Notes under the pieces: generated by a model | Database searches by the model: none | Told to the model about the DNA's origin: nothing | What the model saw: only the letters and a program-made list of their open reading frames with translations | Part shown: positions 1 to 13,484 of the stretch, piece by piece | How positions within the stretch are numbered: the first letter of the stretch is position 1 | Layout: the number at the start of each line of letters is the position of its first letter | Program-made: the position numbers and the translations under genes | From: Callorhinchus milii | Lineage: Eukaryota | NCBI RefSeq assembly: GCF_018977255.1 | Contig: NW_024704742.1 | Span: forward strand, 2,296,001-2,360,000 | Length of the DNA stretch: 64,000 nucleotides | Direction of reading: 5' to 3'

Positions 1-995
1 AGAGCTTAGTAACTTAAGCACTCTACATAAATGCAAGTTGTTGTTGTAATACTGCCTCACTCAGAAAGCATGCAGGAGTGGTAAAATATTCTCTGCGGTT
101 GACAGAGGATCGCGCACGGGGTTCCGAAACCAAACCTTTCGCACCTCAGCCAAGAAGAGGTCTGTCGCCAAACGGTTAACAAGGAAAGCGTGATGTTTGG
201 CAGAGCAGTTGTGCTTATCAAAGCCCTCTGAGACTCTACTCTTTTCCCCGCTGAGATGAGAGTCTGGGTAGCTTTGATTGAACGATCAATCCCAGGCTCT
301 TTATGCTGAAAAAAAAACTAATCCGCGACATATTCCCTGCAGTGTTGCATTAACAGATTCCCGCTTTTCGCCTGTCCTACCAATATCAAGAATAATCTTG
401 GAAAATTTCACCCTTTGGTTAACAGCCCATCATGCTGAACATCAGAACCTGCTGTTTACATTGAACGCATTGCACTGTGCAATGGGGATATACTAATCTG
501 AACACAGCATAAAATGCACACAAGGCTTCAATTCACTCTGATCGTTCACTGTCTTCTACATTTTAGAGGAGAAACTCGCACTCTGATATTTAAAAACTTG
601 ACAGGGCATTGGCGCACTGCTTCGTGTGAAGAGTGGTGTACAAGTACATGCTGCTGTTGTTGTGTTGACCGTATTCCTGCTACATGCTGATTGTGAGTGA
701 GGTTCAAGCAATTCACTCAAAACGGACTGCAGCAATTGCGGCAATTCTGTTTAAATTAACGTAGGGCATCTTAAAGGTTTATGTAGGACAAATTGGAACA
801 AGTCCAACCTGGCCTCACCACACTTTTGGACACCAATCTCGTATTCCACATATTCGTCTTGACAGTACATCCTGCAAAGTGGTTTGTGACGTGCTTCTGA
901 TGTTAAAAGGTCTACATTAGATGTAAGGATTATTCAGTATTATCACCAATCTTTGTTTCCTACCGAATGCCAAGGTTCCTTCAATCCAGCCAGTC

Positions 996-1745
996 AATCA
1001 TAGAATCATAGAATTATACAGCACGGAAGGAGGTCATTCGGCCCATCGTGACTGTGCTGGCTCTTTGAAAACAGCTATCCATTTCAGTCCCACTTCCTCC
1101 GTTCCCTCCCCATAGCTCTGCAAACTTGTCGTTCCCAAACAATTATCTACTTCTCTCTTAAAAGTTGTTGTCGAATCGGCTCCCACCGGCCTTTCAGGCA
1201 ATGCATTCCAGATCCCAACAACTCGCTGTGTGAAAATATTTCTCCTCCCCTCCCCTCTGTTTCTTTTAACAACTATTTTAACTCAGTGTCCTTGGGTTAC
1301 CGACCCTCCCGCCAGTGGAAACAGTTTCTCCTTGTTCACCCTATCGAATCCCCTCATAATTTTGAAAACTTCTATTAAGTCTCCTCTTAATCTTCTCTGC
1401 TCTAAGGAGAATAATCCGAGCTTCTCTACCTCTCCTGATAACTGAAGTCCCTCATTCCTGGTAACATCCTGGTCAACCTCCTTTGTACCCTCTCCAACGC
1501 CTTGACATCCTTCCTAAAGTGTGGGGCCCAGAACTGAACCCAGTCTCTCGCTGAGGCCTAACCAGTGTTTTATATAAAGTTTCATCATAACTTCCTGACT
1601 TTTGTATTCTATGCCCTATTTATAAAGTCTAGGATCCCATATGCTTTTTAACAGCTTTATCTACCTGTCCTGCCACCTTCAAAGATTTACTTATAGGAAC
1701 CCCCAGGTCTCTCTGTTCCTTCACCCCCTTTAAGATTGTATATCT
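996..1745 (-). mobile_element. CR1-clade LINE 3' end (ORF2 C-terminus, 3' UTR, tail), degenerate
   Basis: Minus strand reads KGVKEQRDLGV...EKLGLFSLEQRRLRGDLIEVFKIMRGFDRVNKEKLFPLAGGSVTQGH with frameshifts; ends in the CR1-type (ATTCTATG)n tail (aatcatagaatcatagaat on +). Confidence 0.9.
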
Positions 1746-1879
1746 AGGTTGTACAATCTAGGCATTAAGATTGTACCCAATGCTCCATAAAATCAAACCT
1801 TCTCCAAACAAAAACAACAACAAATTACATTTTGTAAAGCGATTTGCAAGTCGGGAGGACATCCCAAGGCGCTGATAAT

Positions 1880-2010
1880 ATATGGAGCTTTATCAATTGC
1901 CTTCTGAAAAATCATGTAAGTTACATTAACTGGAAAAACATTTTCTACCTTTTCAAATAATTCCAGGAGATTTGTGAGGCATAACCTATTTCTTCTACAT
2001 CCATATTTAC
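1880..2010 (-). mobile_element. CR1 reverse-transcriptase remnant
   Basis: ORF 1793..2071 contains RRNRLCLTNLLELFEKV...VNVTYMIFQKAIDKAP, a decayed SCLTNLLEFF...DFQKAFDKVP RT motif. Confidence 0.7.
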
Positions 2011-4056
2011 TGTTGCTTAGAACATCTGAGCTCCATAGATAAGTATTCCCAGCAGGAAAGGACACAAGCAAATGTAATGGCTTCTCAGGTTAAGTGCAAG
2101 TGTTGGATTTGATCAACTTGCTGGATCTTTGCCTGTGATTTGAACAATATTGCTGCGACCTGAACAATACAGATGTACTTAGTCTTTCAGACACATTGTG
2201 AGATGTGCACATTAAAAGGACATCCTGGAATGAAGTGGTTCATCTCATGTGGAAAAATGATTCAATGAAATCCCACAATTTTATAATTGTATTGCCGACC
2301 AGCTCACCTGAAATCTAGTAATATTATGCTAATTGAAGATACGTACATAACCCGACCAAATGAACAAACTGAATAAGAAGCGGAGCAAATAAAAATGGAT
2401 TCTGCAGTGAAAACAACAGGGGCTGATTTCAATCTAGGACAATTGATTATTTCATTTGCTCTATATCTGTGCCTTCCACTGTGGCAGTGATGTGCCATAA
2501 CTAATTTGGAGCGATTACTTGAAATTACCTCTGCATGAAGGGCCATAACCTCCCCTTGTACTGAAATGAATGGCTGACTATCAATCTCCAGAAATAAAGT
2601 GCGCTAATTGGCAAGTTCTGGAAAAGTATCAGGAGGCCTCTGGCATGGCAGATGCATCAGCTCATCAATGATTGTTGATTCATTGAGCTTCCCTTCACGT
2701 TACTTGCTTTTCGTGCCATTTTCTTAAAGGCACAGGGGCTTCTGGCTCCGAAGGAGGGTTGGGTGGGGGGGGGGCGAAATGTTGCCAAAGTGGAACAAAA
2801 ACAACAAATGTGTTGTTATATTAATTTGATTTGGGTTGATTAGGATTTGGAATTCCATTTGTAGTTTGTTTTGCTTAAGAAGGTCTTTCATGTCAAGTGC
2901 TCCACCACTGTTAAGCTCTCCCAGACTCTACCCCGCGTGAAAGGCACTGTATAAATGCAAGTTGTTGTCGTTTTCGATCTCATACTACAGCAACACACTT
3001 GTGACTCAGCCCACTCTGGTCCACCAAATACTTCTGCGGCCATTAAATTATGTTGCAAATTTCCTAAATTATAAGCCGAAAATATTTGCCTATGCGGTTC
3101 AATGTTGTATTTTCTTCCAAAATGTTCCTCTCGGTTTCCAATCATATTGGGCTAGTTCCAACGTACTAGCACTCCTCAGTAACTGGCATGTGGTTGATGC
3201 CAGACTTGCTGGCAATCTATCCTGTGGCAGTTTACTAAAATAAAACGAAATAATCTTTTTTTCTCATGTGAAATTCCATCATAAGATGCAACGAACAGAT
3301 CATACTTGTAATGATTATTGCATGACTTATTTGGGGAGGGTCTTTGACTAAGGTTTTTGACAAAACCAAACTCAGTCCTACCCTCATGAAACATTAATAT
3401 ACATGCACTTTATACATGCACAACCCTGAAGATATGAAAAGTAAAGCGTTCTTTTTTTACATATATCTGAGGCACAGTGGATAATTCAGCCCCAGGGAGT
3501 TCCTGTCACTTGACAAAACTGCTTGAACTTGCGTATATGAAATCCTCAAACCTGATGCACAGTTCTTATATCTATCAATGTTTGCCATATCACAATGTTT
3601 TTTTCAAAGCGTTAAATATCACATTGTTTCTAATACCCCTGAGACTGTATAATACCTCACAGTAAACAAATACTCATCATTCCTGAAAAGTGTTGCTTTG
3701 GGCGCAGTGTTGGCTGAGGTCTACACGCCTACAATTTTCAATCTTGACAGACGCAAACCTCGTTCCAGAGTATTCGAATGTCCTATTTCTGGACATGAGT
3801 AAATTAGGCCAAGATACTTTAAATGAAAAGACCTGCCGCAATTAATCAACGCTGTGTTGGGATCTATCCCAAATGCATTTAATTGGGGTTATTTAAAGTA
3901 CATTGAATTCAACATTGAGAAACTTTGTCATGAAGAGGCTTGAAACTTTCTTCTCTTTTTCCTTTTATTTAAAATTATATAATTCCCTTTGAATATATAA
4001 TAGACAGCAGTTGCATGAGCTTTCAAAGATCTGGAAAAAAAACAAATGCTAATCTT

Positions 4057-4632
4057 GTTTGACTATGCAAACTCTTTGCCTGTCGACCTCCCCAACTCCT
4101 CCCTCCATAGGCTGCAGATCATCCAGAACTCTGCTGCCCGTGTCCTCTCCTGCACCAGGTCCCGTGACCCAATCACCCCCATCCACGCCCGACTCCGGTG
4201 GCTTCCCACCACACAGAGGATGCAGTTCAAGATCCTGGTCCTCACCTTCAAAGCCCTCCACGGTCTTGCTCCCCCCGACCTAACCGACCTCCGAAACCCC
4301 TACCATACTGCTTGCTCCCTCCGTTCAGCAGGTTCTGGCCTGCTTCACGTCCCCCATCTCATTCTCCCCACTATTGGCGGACGGTCCTTCCGCCACTCTG
4401 CCCCCACCATCAGGAACTCCATCCCACAGTCCCTCCGCCTCGCCCCTTTCCTTGCCTGCTTCAAAACCCATCTCAAGACCCTCCTCTTCGACCGTACTTT
4501 CGATCTCCCTGCTTCCCCCCCCCGCCCTCCACCCTCCCGAATCCTGACCTCCAGTTCAGGTCCGAAACTCTGTCTGTCCATCGCCTTGGGACGTCCTCCC
4601 GACGTGAAAGATGCTATACACCTGTAATTGTG
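4057..4632 (+). mobile_element. L2-clade LINE 3' fragment (subfamily A)
   Basis: DYANSL...LQIIQNSAARVL...ITPIHARLRWLP...FKILVLTFKALHGLAP...GGRSF...FKTHLKTLLF is the typical L2 ORF2 C-terminus; tail gccttgggacgtcctcccgacgtgaaagatgctatacacctgtaattg. Confidence 0.9.
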
Positions 4633-4789
4633 TGGCTGTTGTTATTTTGGGGCTGAACAGGGGACTGTTCGAGTTGGTTAGAGAGAAAATCTTAAAAAAA
4701 AATGTAAGTCAGGTTTTGTAAGTACTCAACGTCTCGGACAAAGAGAAATGCTTAAAATGTTGATCACATTTTCATTTCATCTTCCTACT

Positions 4790-5010
4790 GGGGGTGTGCT
4801 GCATTGTTGGATGTGCCATCTTTCAGATGAGATATTAAGCTGAGGTCTTGTTTATCTGTTTAGATACACATTAAAGATCCCACGTTGCTAATTCGGAAAG
4901 AAGTTTCTTCCGGTGAACCTGGCTAACAATCCCCTCCAATAAACATAGGTTGTCATTCACTACATGGCTGTTTGTGGGACATTCCTGTGGTCAAATTGGC
5001 CCCTGTGTTT
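4790..5010 (+). mobile_element. Old Deu-domain SINE (SacSINE1/AmnSINE1-like) fragment
   Basis: gccatctttcagatgagatattaagctgagg...aaagatccca...ggctgtttgtgggacatt...caaattggc. Confidence 0.75.
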
Positions 5011-5043
5011 TTGTTACACAATATGCAAGAGTAGGCGGGATGA

Positions 5044-5116
5044 TCTGACACATACATCTCTCAGTCTGACTTGGATATACTTAAGCTTGATGATGGGTTT
5101 CCGCATGTGTCAGACC
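5044..5116 (-). repeat. Short copy of the unclassified repeat also at 15068 and 36597
   Basis: Reverse complement gtctgacacatgcggaaacccatcatcaagcttaagtatatcc matches one end of the long copies. Confidence 0.7.
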
Positions 5117-8100
5117 AAAAAACATCCATACTGCTGTTCTTGACCTACTTTAAATATTGTGATAAAATTTACCATCTTCAAGTACAGCTGTGAAGCTTGT
5201 TGCTTCCTTCCAATTTCCTTCACAAAGGAAAGTTATCTCATGCTTTGAAGGGTAGGGTATAGAAGAGGGAATGGTGTGTTGGGGTGGGGGGAGGGTGGGT
5301 GGTGGAGGGAGAGATCATTAATGGTCAAAATCTGGAGAAACAAAAACAGCTCAGTTGTCCTTTGCGGTTCTTTTAAAAGATGTGATTTGTTCAACGGAGC
5401 TTGAAGGCTCTCTCAGAACTCACACAGACACACAGCTCATCTCACCTGTGTGGCCTCGTTTTTCCAAACAAATCTCGTCTCACTTAAAATACACCTGCTT
5501 GAGCCTCATCAAATTTCCGTGTGATCGTATGGGTTTTGATGAGCCGGGAAAACTAATGTTCCTCTGATCTATTCGCCAGTAATGTATGAATGGGGACACA
5601 TGGCGGCAGACACGCGACTTAAGGTCAAGCAAGTGAGTCCGTTGTACAAGAGGCTTCCGAAAAGAGTCGCCCATACAATGATTAAGAAATGTCACGGCTG
5701 ACGATGTGACCAATATATGTTCGCTGAGAGCAAAAGCACGCAACAATTCTGATGGATACTTTAAACGCATTAAGGAATTTATAAAATCCAGTGGCTGTTA
5801 AATAATAATCCTTACATTCGATATCGGGCTTTTCGTGTCTCAAAGTGCTTCACAGTATATATTCTGTAGTGACTGAATATTTTATAGGTCAATGCAGCAG
5901 TCCGTTTGCACCGGGCAACGTCCCACAGCCTTGAAGTGAACGACCATTCAACTGAGACATCTTGTTTTTGAGGTTGAAGACACCCAAGTTAACCCAGTTA
6001 ATTTTTCAGCGAAGCTCAGTTGTCTGTTTGCTGTATTTATTGCTGCCTCAGATTGTTTGAATTGGGTGAACCGTTCGTTAACAAACACCTCAGATGTTTT
6101 CCCAACTTCCCAAACAGGAGTTCAACCTCTTACCTCATTTATGTAGTATCTTGCATATCGATGTGTATTGATCTCAATTTGCAGCGATCAGTTTAAGTGT
6201 CGACTCCTCTTCGCTGCCTCTAATTCCGCAGTTTCTCACGACCTGGATTGCTTGCCTTGAATAAATCCATAATCTGGGGGAATTATGTATAATAGTAACC
6301 CGGTTACCCTATTCGATACCTCCATTCAATTTCTACTTAACTCCTCAAACAGATCCATATCCACATTTGCCCCCTGAACTGTTGTCTTTCGTGTGACATT
6401 TTGTCAATGTTTTTTGTGTGTGTTTTTTTTTTTGAAATTTGGAGACGGCTTTTAAAAAAAAAGTTCAGTGCTCCGAGACGCTGTGTAAAATGCTGGTTGT
6501 TATTGTACGGTTTCTCACCTCCCAGTTTTGAATGTCATCACTTCAGAAAAATCCAGCTTTAGAAACCCTGAACGTAAGAGGCATAAGCTTGAAGGACTTT
6601 GTCTGTTCAAGAATAGGTTAGACCCGTTTGGTGAGTCAAATGGACAAGACCAAAGGACGTGGAAGAGATTGACTCACTTGTCTCTTCAAACACATTTGGC
6701 CAATTTACTAGTGATGACAATGGAAGACACAAAGCATTTTTACTGAGGGAATTACGAGCAAAGATTGTATATAGTGCCAGACAAGCTCATACTTTAAATG
6801 CGACTTTGACCTTTACACCTGTCCCTTGCATTTGGCGCTAATTTGACTTAAGCTGATGAGGAGAAATTTCCCTGAAGTGCAACATTCTACAATCACTTCT
6901 CATGACTGCATAACACTAATACCACGTACTTCGCTGTCCAAAAATGGTGTCCTTTTCAGGACCGTTGACACCATTGTAAGTGATGCTACTTACCAAAATG
7001 CCAGTGAACATTTGTACCATGTTAGCCTGTCACCGTCCACTAACACGTGCACTCCAGAGTGACTGAGAGGAACGGCTGCAACAAAAATTAGTATTCATGG
7101 GATGTTTCCTTATTCTACATGTGAAATGCTTGCCTCGGCAGTTACATTCGCCAATAGCTAATAGAGGAAAAGCGGACACAGACAAGTAAGCTCAGCTGAG
7201 GCACTTAAAATAACATTGTTATTGATCTTCTCCTGCCAGACATACTACAATTATTCTTTTTCTCCAAATTTTCGCCTCCAATTTTCTCTCCTCATGTCTC
7301 CTTCGACTGGGGTACAACAATTCCACGTGTACGTTGTCTGAGTGATCATAAGTAAATCGCAAGCCTAGATACTAACCTATGTGGGGTATCAGTGCTGAAC
7401 CCAATCCTGCCTTCACCTGACACACAAATGCACACCTTCACCTTCTGGCACGTGCCTCTGAAAAAAAAGATACAAATACAAATCTTGACCGTTTTTTTTC
7501 TCTCTCCCTAATCCAGTGTTATTGAGGCCAATTGTGGCTCCAAATGTGGTCTTAGTTGATATTAGTACAGAACAGTTTTTGAATTTCCAATTTTGCCATT
7601 CTATACACAATACAATAGTACATTTATGTAGCACCTTTCACATCGGGAGGACATCCCAAGGAACTCGACAATCCTAGCTTGGCACCCGAGCTGGGGGTGG
7701 GAGCTGAGAGGGTGGGGAGGGAACACGTCAAAGGAAATCTGGGATGGAGTTCCAGAGAGTGGGAATAGGCCAGTATACGGTGATTATTGTAACCATCAGA
7801 TTATTGGGATGGTGGAATGGGGGAGGAGGTGGGGGGTGAGGGGGGGAACTTTGCTTATTATTTGCTGCTAAATTCAGACATATTCGGATGCAATAGTGTT
7901 TTATTCTTTAAAGGTTTGTCTGCTGAGAGAGAACCTGTTGCAAAAATTGTTACTCGTGAGATAGCTAAAAGGATATGTTTTTACATGCAAATCCAATTTG
8001 TATACAGCACATTGCAGTTAATTTGATACAGAGAACTTTCATGTTGAGAAGCAATCTCAAGAAGACATGACGATGCTCGCTGGGCATCTGAACTGGTGGG

Positions 8101-9788
8101 AGCCCGAAGGGAATGGGGAAGGGAAAGATGGCCGAACGCGTGGTCAACTTTTTGAGACTAACCCTGAACCAGGTTTAGGGACGGAGGATGGAGCAAGCAA
8201 GTAATGGAGTCGAAGGGTCACTGGGATGGACTTGTTACTCATGTGTTTCTTTACAATATTGAGAGCAGGGCGGTCCTTTTCCTGACTGCATTCTGCCGGT
8301 ACCCGCTTTGACCATCTTCGGGAATCGGAGAGTAATTTTCCCTGAGATTTTCTTACTGGTCCCTGCGGCGACGAGGCTTTGGAGAATTGTTTTGTTTGTT
8401 TTTCTTTGTCATTTAATCTGTGTATTGAATCGCAAAGCTGGAGTCAAGTGACCTGACAACAACAACAACATTACATTTATAGAGCGCCTTTCACGTCGGG
8501 AGGATGTTCGCAAAGTGCTGACGACACACTCAGAGACGTTGCTACTTGGGCAGGACATCTGAGGCCAGGCAGGGCCCATGGAGACTGCTTTGCAGCAGCG
8601 AAGGAAATGCCAAAAGGGAGGCAATTAGAGAAAAATAATTTAATATCTTAATTATTTGAAGAAACACATGATGACGAATTGGAAATAAATAATAGACTCC
8701 AGTTGATAGCCCTTATTTTTAGTTCACCCTCCACCAGAAATAATCTTTCGCTACCTACTCTCTCAAACTCTTCCATAATTTCAGGCACGTCGATTAGATT
8801 CTCATTTAACCTTCTTTGCTTCAATGACTGCAACCACGGCTTCTATTTTTAAAAGCTTTTCTGCTCGAATTTCAGCCCCTGGAAGGTAACTAGATATTAC
8901 AACGGTCTCAAGATGCTAATTGAAGCAAATCTCTCACGTCATCCGGTGGTCTGAGCTGATTTGAAAATAAATAGCGAATAAATCACAAATTCCCAAAGTT
9001 TCTGTGGTAGAACACCAGAGAGCTCTGACGTCCGCATCTGCTCGTTTATTTTCTTTAGCCTTAAAATAAAATGTTACGCCAACCCTGCAGCCAAACAAGG
9101 GTAGTTTTGTTGACTGCAGCGCTCTGAGACGTAATAATACGTAAAGAGCGCTATATAAATGCGAGTTGTTGTTGTATTGGTGGTACACGCTGGCAACTTC
9201 CTGTCTCTGTGACCTTCCACCACCCGACTCGCCTACTCGCACCACACGATCAGCTAACTCAGGCTTTCTGTGAATCCCCTGCCCCTCCGAACCACCCTCA
9301 GCAACGAACTGCCTCTACCTATCCGTTTGCCCCTCTCCCTCCCCATCCTATTTGTCTTTAAATTCCACTGAAAAAAAACTACCTCTTTGACTGTGTGTGC
9401 AGTCACCTCCTCACCTCCTCACACCCCCACCCCCTCGCTTCCCCTTTGCACGGTAGCCAACTTTAAATTTATGAGGCTATTTGATGCGAAGGGGCACTAT
9501 GTAAATGCAAGTTGTTGTTGGTTGTGGTGTTGAATGTTGTATGCTGACCATTCACTAGCTCTGTTGGTAGCAGTAAATGGGTGAAACCCTGGTCCTTTAC
9601 CTCGCTCTACATAAACAAGCCTTTCTGTCCATCACACACTCATTTTTTCCCAATGACACTTGCAGTCTGATGTATCTGAAGCAACCTCGTTCTGCCTCTA
9701 TTCATCTCAAATATTGAGTATCAATGAGGAATGCTTTAAATTTATTAACTAATATAACACTTTACAAACACTGCACATAACTTGTCAA

Positions 9789-9819
<31 letters not shown>

Positions 9820-9822
9820 TAT
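9789..9822. repeat. (TA)n microsatellite
   Basis: Direct read. Confidence 0.95.
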
Positions 9823-10156
9823 GGATGTAGCTTAGAGGTTAGAGCACTCGCCTCGCAAGCAAGTCCTGGGTTCGATTTAAGGCAGGACAAAAAGTTTCAT
9901 TGCATCACACACCTCTGTTTACCTATCAACAAGTAGGAACCCAGTTGTTAGTCGAGTGGTGGAGTGCTTTTCCAGGGGTAATAATCCCTTCAGTATAAAT
10001 AAATAAAAGAACAATAATTTGCTCACTCAAACCACGACTGTTTGTGGGACGCAATTGGCTGCCACTTTTCGCCCACAAAATATACAGTCAATTCATTTTA
10101 CAGTATATTCTGTGAAGCATCTTGAGATGCCTAGAAGACATAATTGGGCGCTGTAA
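9823..10156 (+). mobile_element. tRNA-derived SINE, older long-linker subfamily
   Basis: A/B-box head tagcttagaggttagagcactcgcctcgcaag...gggttcgat, linker cctctgtttacct...gttagtcga, Deu-type 3' half and L2-type tail. Confidence 0.85.
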
Positions 10157-11064
10157 TGTGTATATGTAGTTCCATTGGACGAGTTTAAGGCTGTGATTTA
10201 TTTGAATATTCATGATATTCATAAACCACTTGAGCTTCTCTACTATTGCTTCTCATATTGTCTAAATCCTGAGAGTATACTGCAGCCCTATATTTCACTA
10301 TCATCCATGATTTGTTGACTGCACAAAATGCAGAACTACTCCGGGGAAGTGGAGTAGCTGTCAATGAACTAAAATTAAATTAATTTGAATAATGTTCTAA
10401 ATAATGATGCGCAATTATTTCCTTCCCTCTCCTGAAGACAGCAACTCATGTATGGTTCCACAGGTGGTAGGCACTTCACCAAAGTAGTCATTCTTCAAGC
10501 GAACACAGGCACTGCATGTTGATAGGCACTAAACCCAATTCTGATCGCTCCTGATGTCTGCAAATGTATATTTCAACCAAACAAACTGGATAACTATTAG
10601 GGACGGGAACCCAGTCTGATTGTTTCTCTCTTTACCCCTCTGTAAACCAAGGTCAATGAGGTGCATGGACAGTGGTCATATTACTGATTTTCACCAACTT
10701 TTTCTTTCTGATCTGTTGAGTTCATTTTCAGATCATTCAATTCCTTTACCAATTGAGCTCACGGAAAAAATATTCAAGGTATTTTGAAAGTGACAAAGCA
10801 ATGGTTCATTTGCTAATAGGGCGCCTGGGGGACCAAAAGACCTAATGATCTTGAAAACAGAAACTCTGCACTTATTCACAAGTCGTTCATTTGAGTAAAT
10901 CAGCACATTTTCTAACGTTTCTATTGCCCCCATGTGGTATATTTACTCCATGGAAGACATGAGGAAACCACAATGGCTTCCTACACATTGAAGATACAAC
11001 AGTATTACTTTTGCTATAAGCAAAATGCAAAAGCTGACGTATCAATTTTCCGAAGATAGTGTAA

Positions 11065-11320
11065 TATTATTATAGCGGTTTTTCCATTGGGAAAATATCC
11101 CAAAGCACTTCACAGGATATACTGTAAACTGTAGTGACTGTATTTTTGGGCGAACCTGGCAACCAATTTGCGCACTGCAATGTCCCACAAACAGTCACAA
11201 AGTGAATGATCATTTTTATTTGGAGGATCTTTGACTCCTTTCTCTTTTTTAAATAGTGCCATGGGATCTTTAACATCAAACTGAACAGGACCTCAGTTTA
11301 ACATCTCATCCAAAGGACAG
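11065..11320 (-). mobile_element. Old Deu-domain SINE fragment
   Basis: ccaatttgcgcac...tcccacaaacag...aaatagtgccatgggatctttaacatc...tttaacatctcatccaaag. Confidence 0.8.
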
Positions 11321-12412
11321 AAGCTATTCTTATTTCCTATTACCATGCTGTGGATTGTACTTAGAATTAGAATTATGTTTGTAATAAGAACCCGGTAAAA
11401 TTGCCAGAAATAACCCGACGCTTGAAACATGATTAAAGTTGTGTCCTTAAAACCTAGAGCTTAACGAATGGACTGGAAACTCCCCTGACATAGAAACTTA
11501 TGGTTTCTCTCTCAGGCTTCTCACAGTCAATTTGTTTTATTTTAACATTAACTAAAGCCAATTTATTGGTTGCCATCCACTAAACTGCTTTTTTTTTAGA
11601 AAGAAATTGTTTAAAAATTATTTTTTAGGTCAGTATCTTGCAGACAAAGATATGGGGAAATCCATACTCACTAAAGTCTGATTGAAACATTCCCAATTGC
11701 GCTGGTTAAGACGGCTTTAAGAGCTTTGCGGACTTGGCTTCTTTGCAAAATACTAGACTAAAAATAATTTAAGTACAAATTTTAAACGCTCGACTGGTGG
11801 CTGGGATGAAAATTGAGCTCTTGCTATTTTTGTTCAAATAAAACCAAATGTGCTGTGAGGAGCCTGAGGGAAAGAACCATCCTCCTGAGGTGCAGGCTGT
11901 TCAGTCGCAAACCTGTCGCAACTTGACCACGTGAAGAGGTCAGAGAGACAGTCATGACTTAGAGCTAAGGTTAAAAACAGATGTGCTTTTATTAATGAAA
12001 ATCGCAAGCCCGGCTCTCTCGCTGAGAAAGAAGGGCCAAGAGCATTGGATTTTAAGGAGAAACCGCAGCCACGGTTTACACGTTGATGTTGTGTCTTTCA
12101 CTTCAGTAAAGTGTTTCAAAGTGCTTCGCACAAACCGACTGAGCATCTCGGTTTCCTCCATAGCTTCTCTAAGTTAGATTGACAATTTAGTATCAGTTTA
12201 TCTGAATTAAGGCCGCTCATACGGTATTCATTCATACCAAGTGGGAACAAGTTGAAACTGTTCAAAATCGTTTTCTCGAGACTCTTATAATTGGCAGAGG
12301 GCTGAGACTTTTGATCCCATTAGACTGAGCCAAACCCAAATCCAAATCGCAAAGGGACAGCATTCGAACCTTTGACGTAGTAAAGAATATTGGTAGAGAA
12401 ATCCCACTGTTT

Positions 12413-13153
12413 AACAACACCTTGAATTTGTGTAGCGCTCTTCACGCAGGAAGTGACTCAGAGCACTTGACACCGAGCTGGAAACAGGGGAGGTGATTGA
12501 AGAGGAAAGTCTTCAGGTGTGATTCGAAGGTGGGCAAAGAGGGATTTTTTGGGGTCATCTGGGTGTCTGACACACGCGGAAATCTAGAAGGATCGAGGCA
12601 GGCAGTTCCAGAGATTCCTTGCATGATGGTTCAAGGCACTGCCAGTGATGGAGTGAACAGCATGAGGGATGGGCGGAAGATCCAGGCTGGCTGAGAGCAG
12701 ACGACAGGTAGTGGAGTGAGGTGTGAACACATCAGCGAGGAAGGGAGGTGCTGGGGCATGTAGTGCTTTGAAAATGAGCGCGAGGATCTTGAAACCGATC
12801 TGTTTTGCAACAGGGAGCCAGTAGAGCCTGAGAAGACTTGAGGTGATGGGGGCACGGAGCCTGGTATGGGTGAGGACATTTTGTACATTTCGTTTGGACC
12901 TTGTTTGTAGTAGAGTTGGGGAGACTGGGCAGCAGTGCAATGGAACAGGCAAAGTGTGAAGCGACAAAAAGCATGATTGAGGATTTCAGCAGCATTTGAA
13001 GTTAGACAGGGACGAAGGCGGGGGATGCGGCAGAGGTGGTTGAATGCTGACCTGGTTAGGGATTGGATGTGGGGTAGGAAGGACAACTGGGGATCGATCA
13101 TGACGCCAAGATTGCAAACAGGTTCCCTGAATCTGATGGACAGGCTGCTCAGA
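12413..13153 (-). mobile_element. L2-clade LINE 3' fragment, diverged
   Basis: VCNLGVMIDPQLSFLPHIQSLTRSAFNHLCRIPRLRPCL and APITSSLLRLYWLPVAKQIGFKILALIFKALH in different frames; FESHLKTFLF. Confidence 0.9.
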
Positions 13154-13484
13154 GTAATAATAATAATAATAATAATCCTTGCATTTGATATAGCGCTTTT
13201 CACGTCGGGAGGACGTCCCAAAGCGCTTCACAGAACACACTGTAAAGTGAATTGACTGTATGTTTGTGGGCGAACGCGGCAGCCAATTGCGCACAGCAAT
13301 GTCCCACAAACAGTCGTAGATTGAAAATGACCAATTTATTATTGTTTTTGGTTTTGGAGGGATTATTATTAGGCTCTGTGTGGAGTAAGGAAACTTGCCC
13401 AAGGTTTCGCCCTCTGCCTGGAATGGAACTCAGGTCTCTCACTTGCAAAGCGAGTGCTCTAACCACTGAGCCACAGGACTCCAC
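13154..13484 (-). mobile_element. Young full-length tRNA-derived SINE (short-linker subfamily; resembles elephant-shark SINE2)
   Basis: Head gtggctcagtggttagagcactcgctttgcaagtgagagacctgagttccattcc, 3' stem agcgcttt...aaaagcgct, (ATT)n tail; about 10 differences from the 50698 copy by eye. Confidence 0.95.

Noticed and set aside
4046..4627. 193-aa ORF as a host gene
   Set aside because: 5'-truncated L2 ORF2 remnant lacking the RT core; the same holds for ORFs at 12631, 19462, 19862 and 40039.
13410..13482. Genuine tRNA gene (also at 39250, 42000, 50960)
   Set aside because: The tRNA-like segment runs straight into SINE body; no clean acceptor stem or Pol III terminator.
12413..13484. SINE-LINE template-switch chimera (SINE abutting the 5' end of a same-strand L2)
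   Set aside because: The SINE is nearly identical to other young copies while the L2 piece is heavily decayed, and no shared TSD is visible; independent insertions are more likely.
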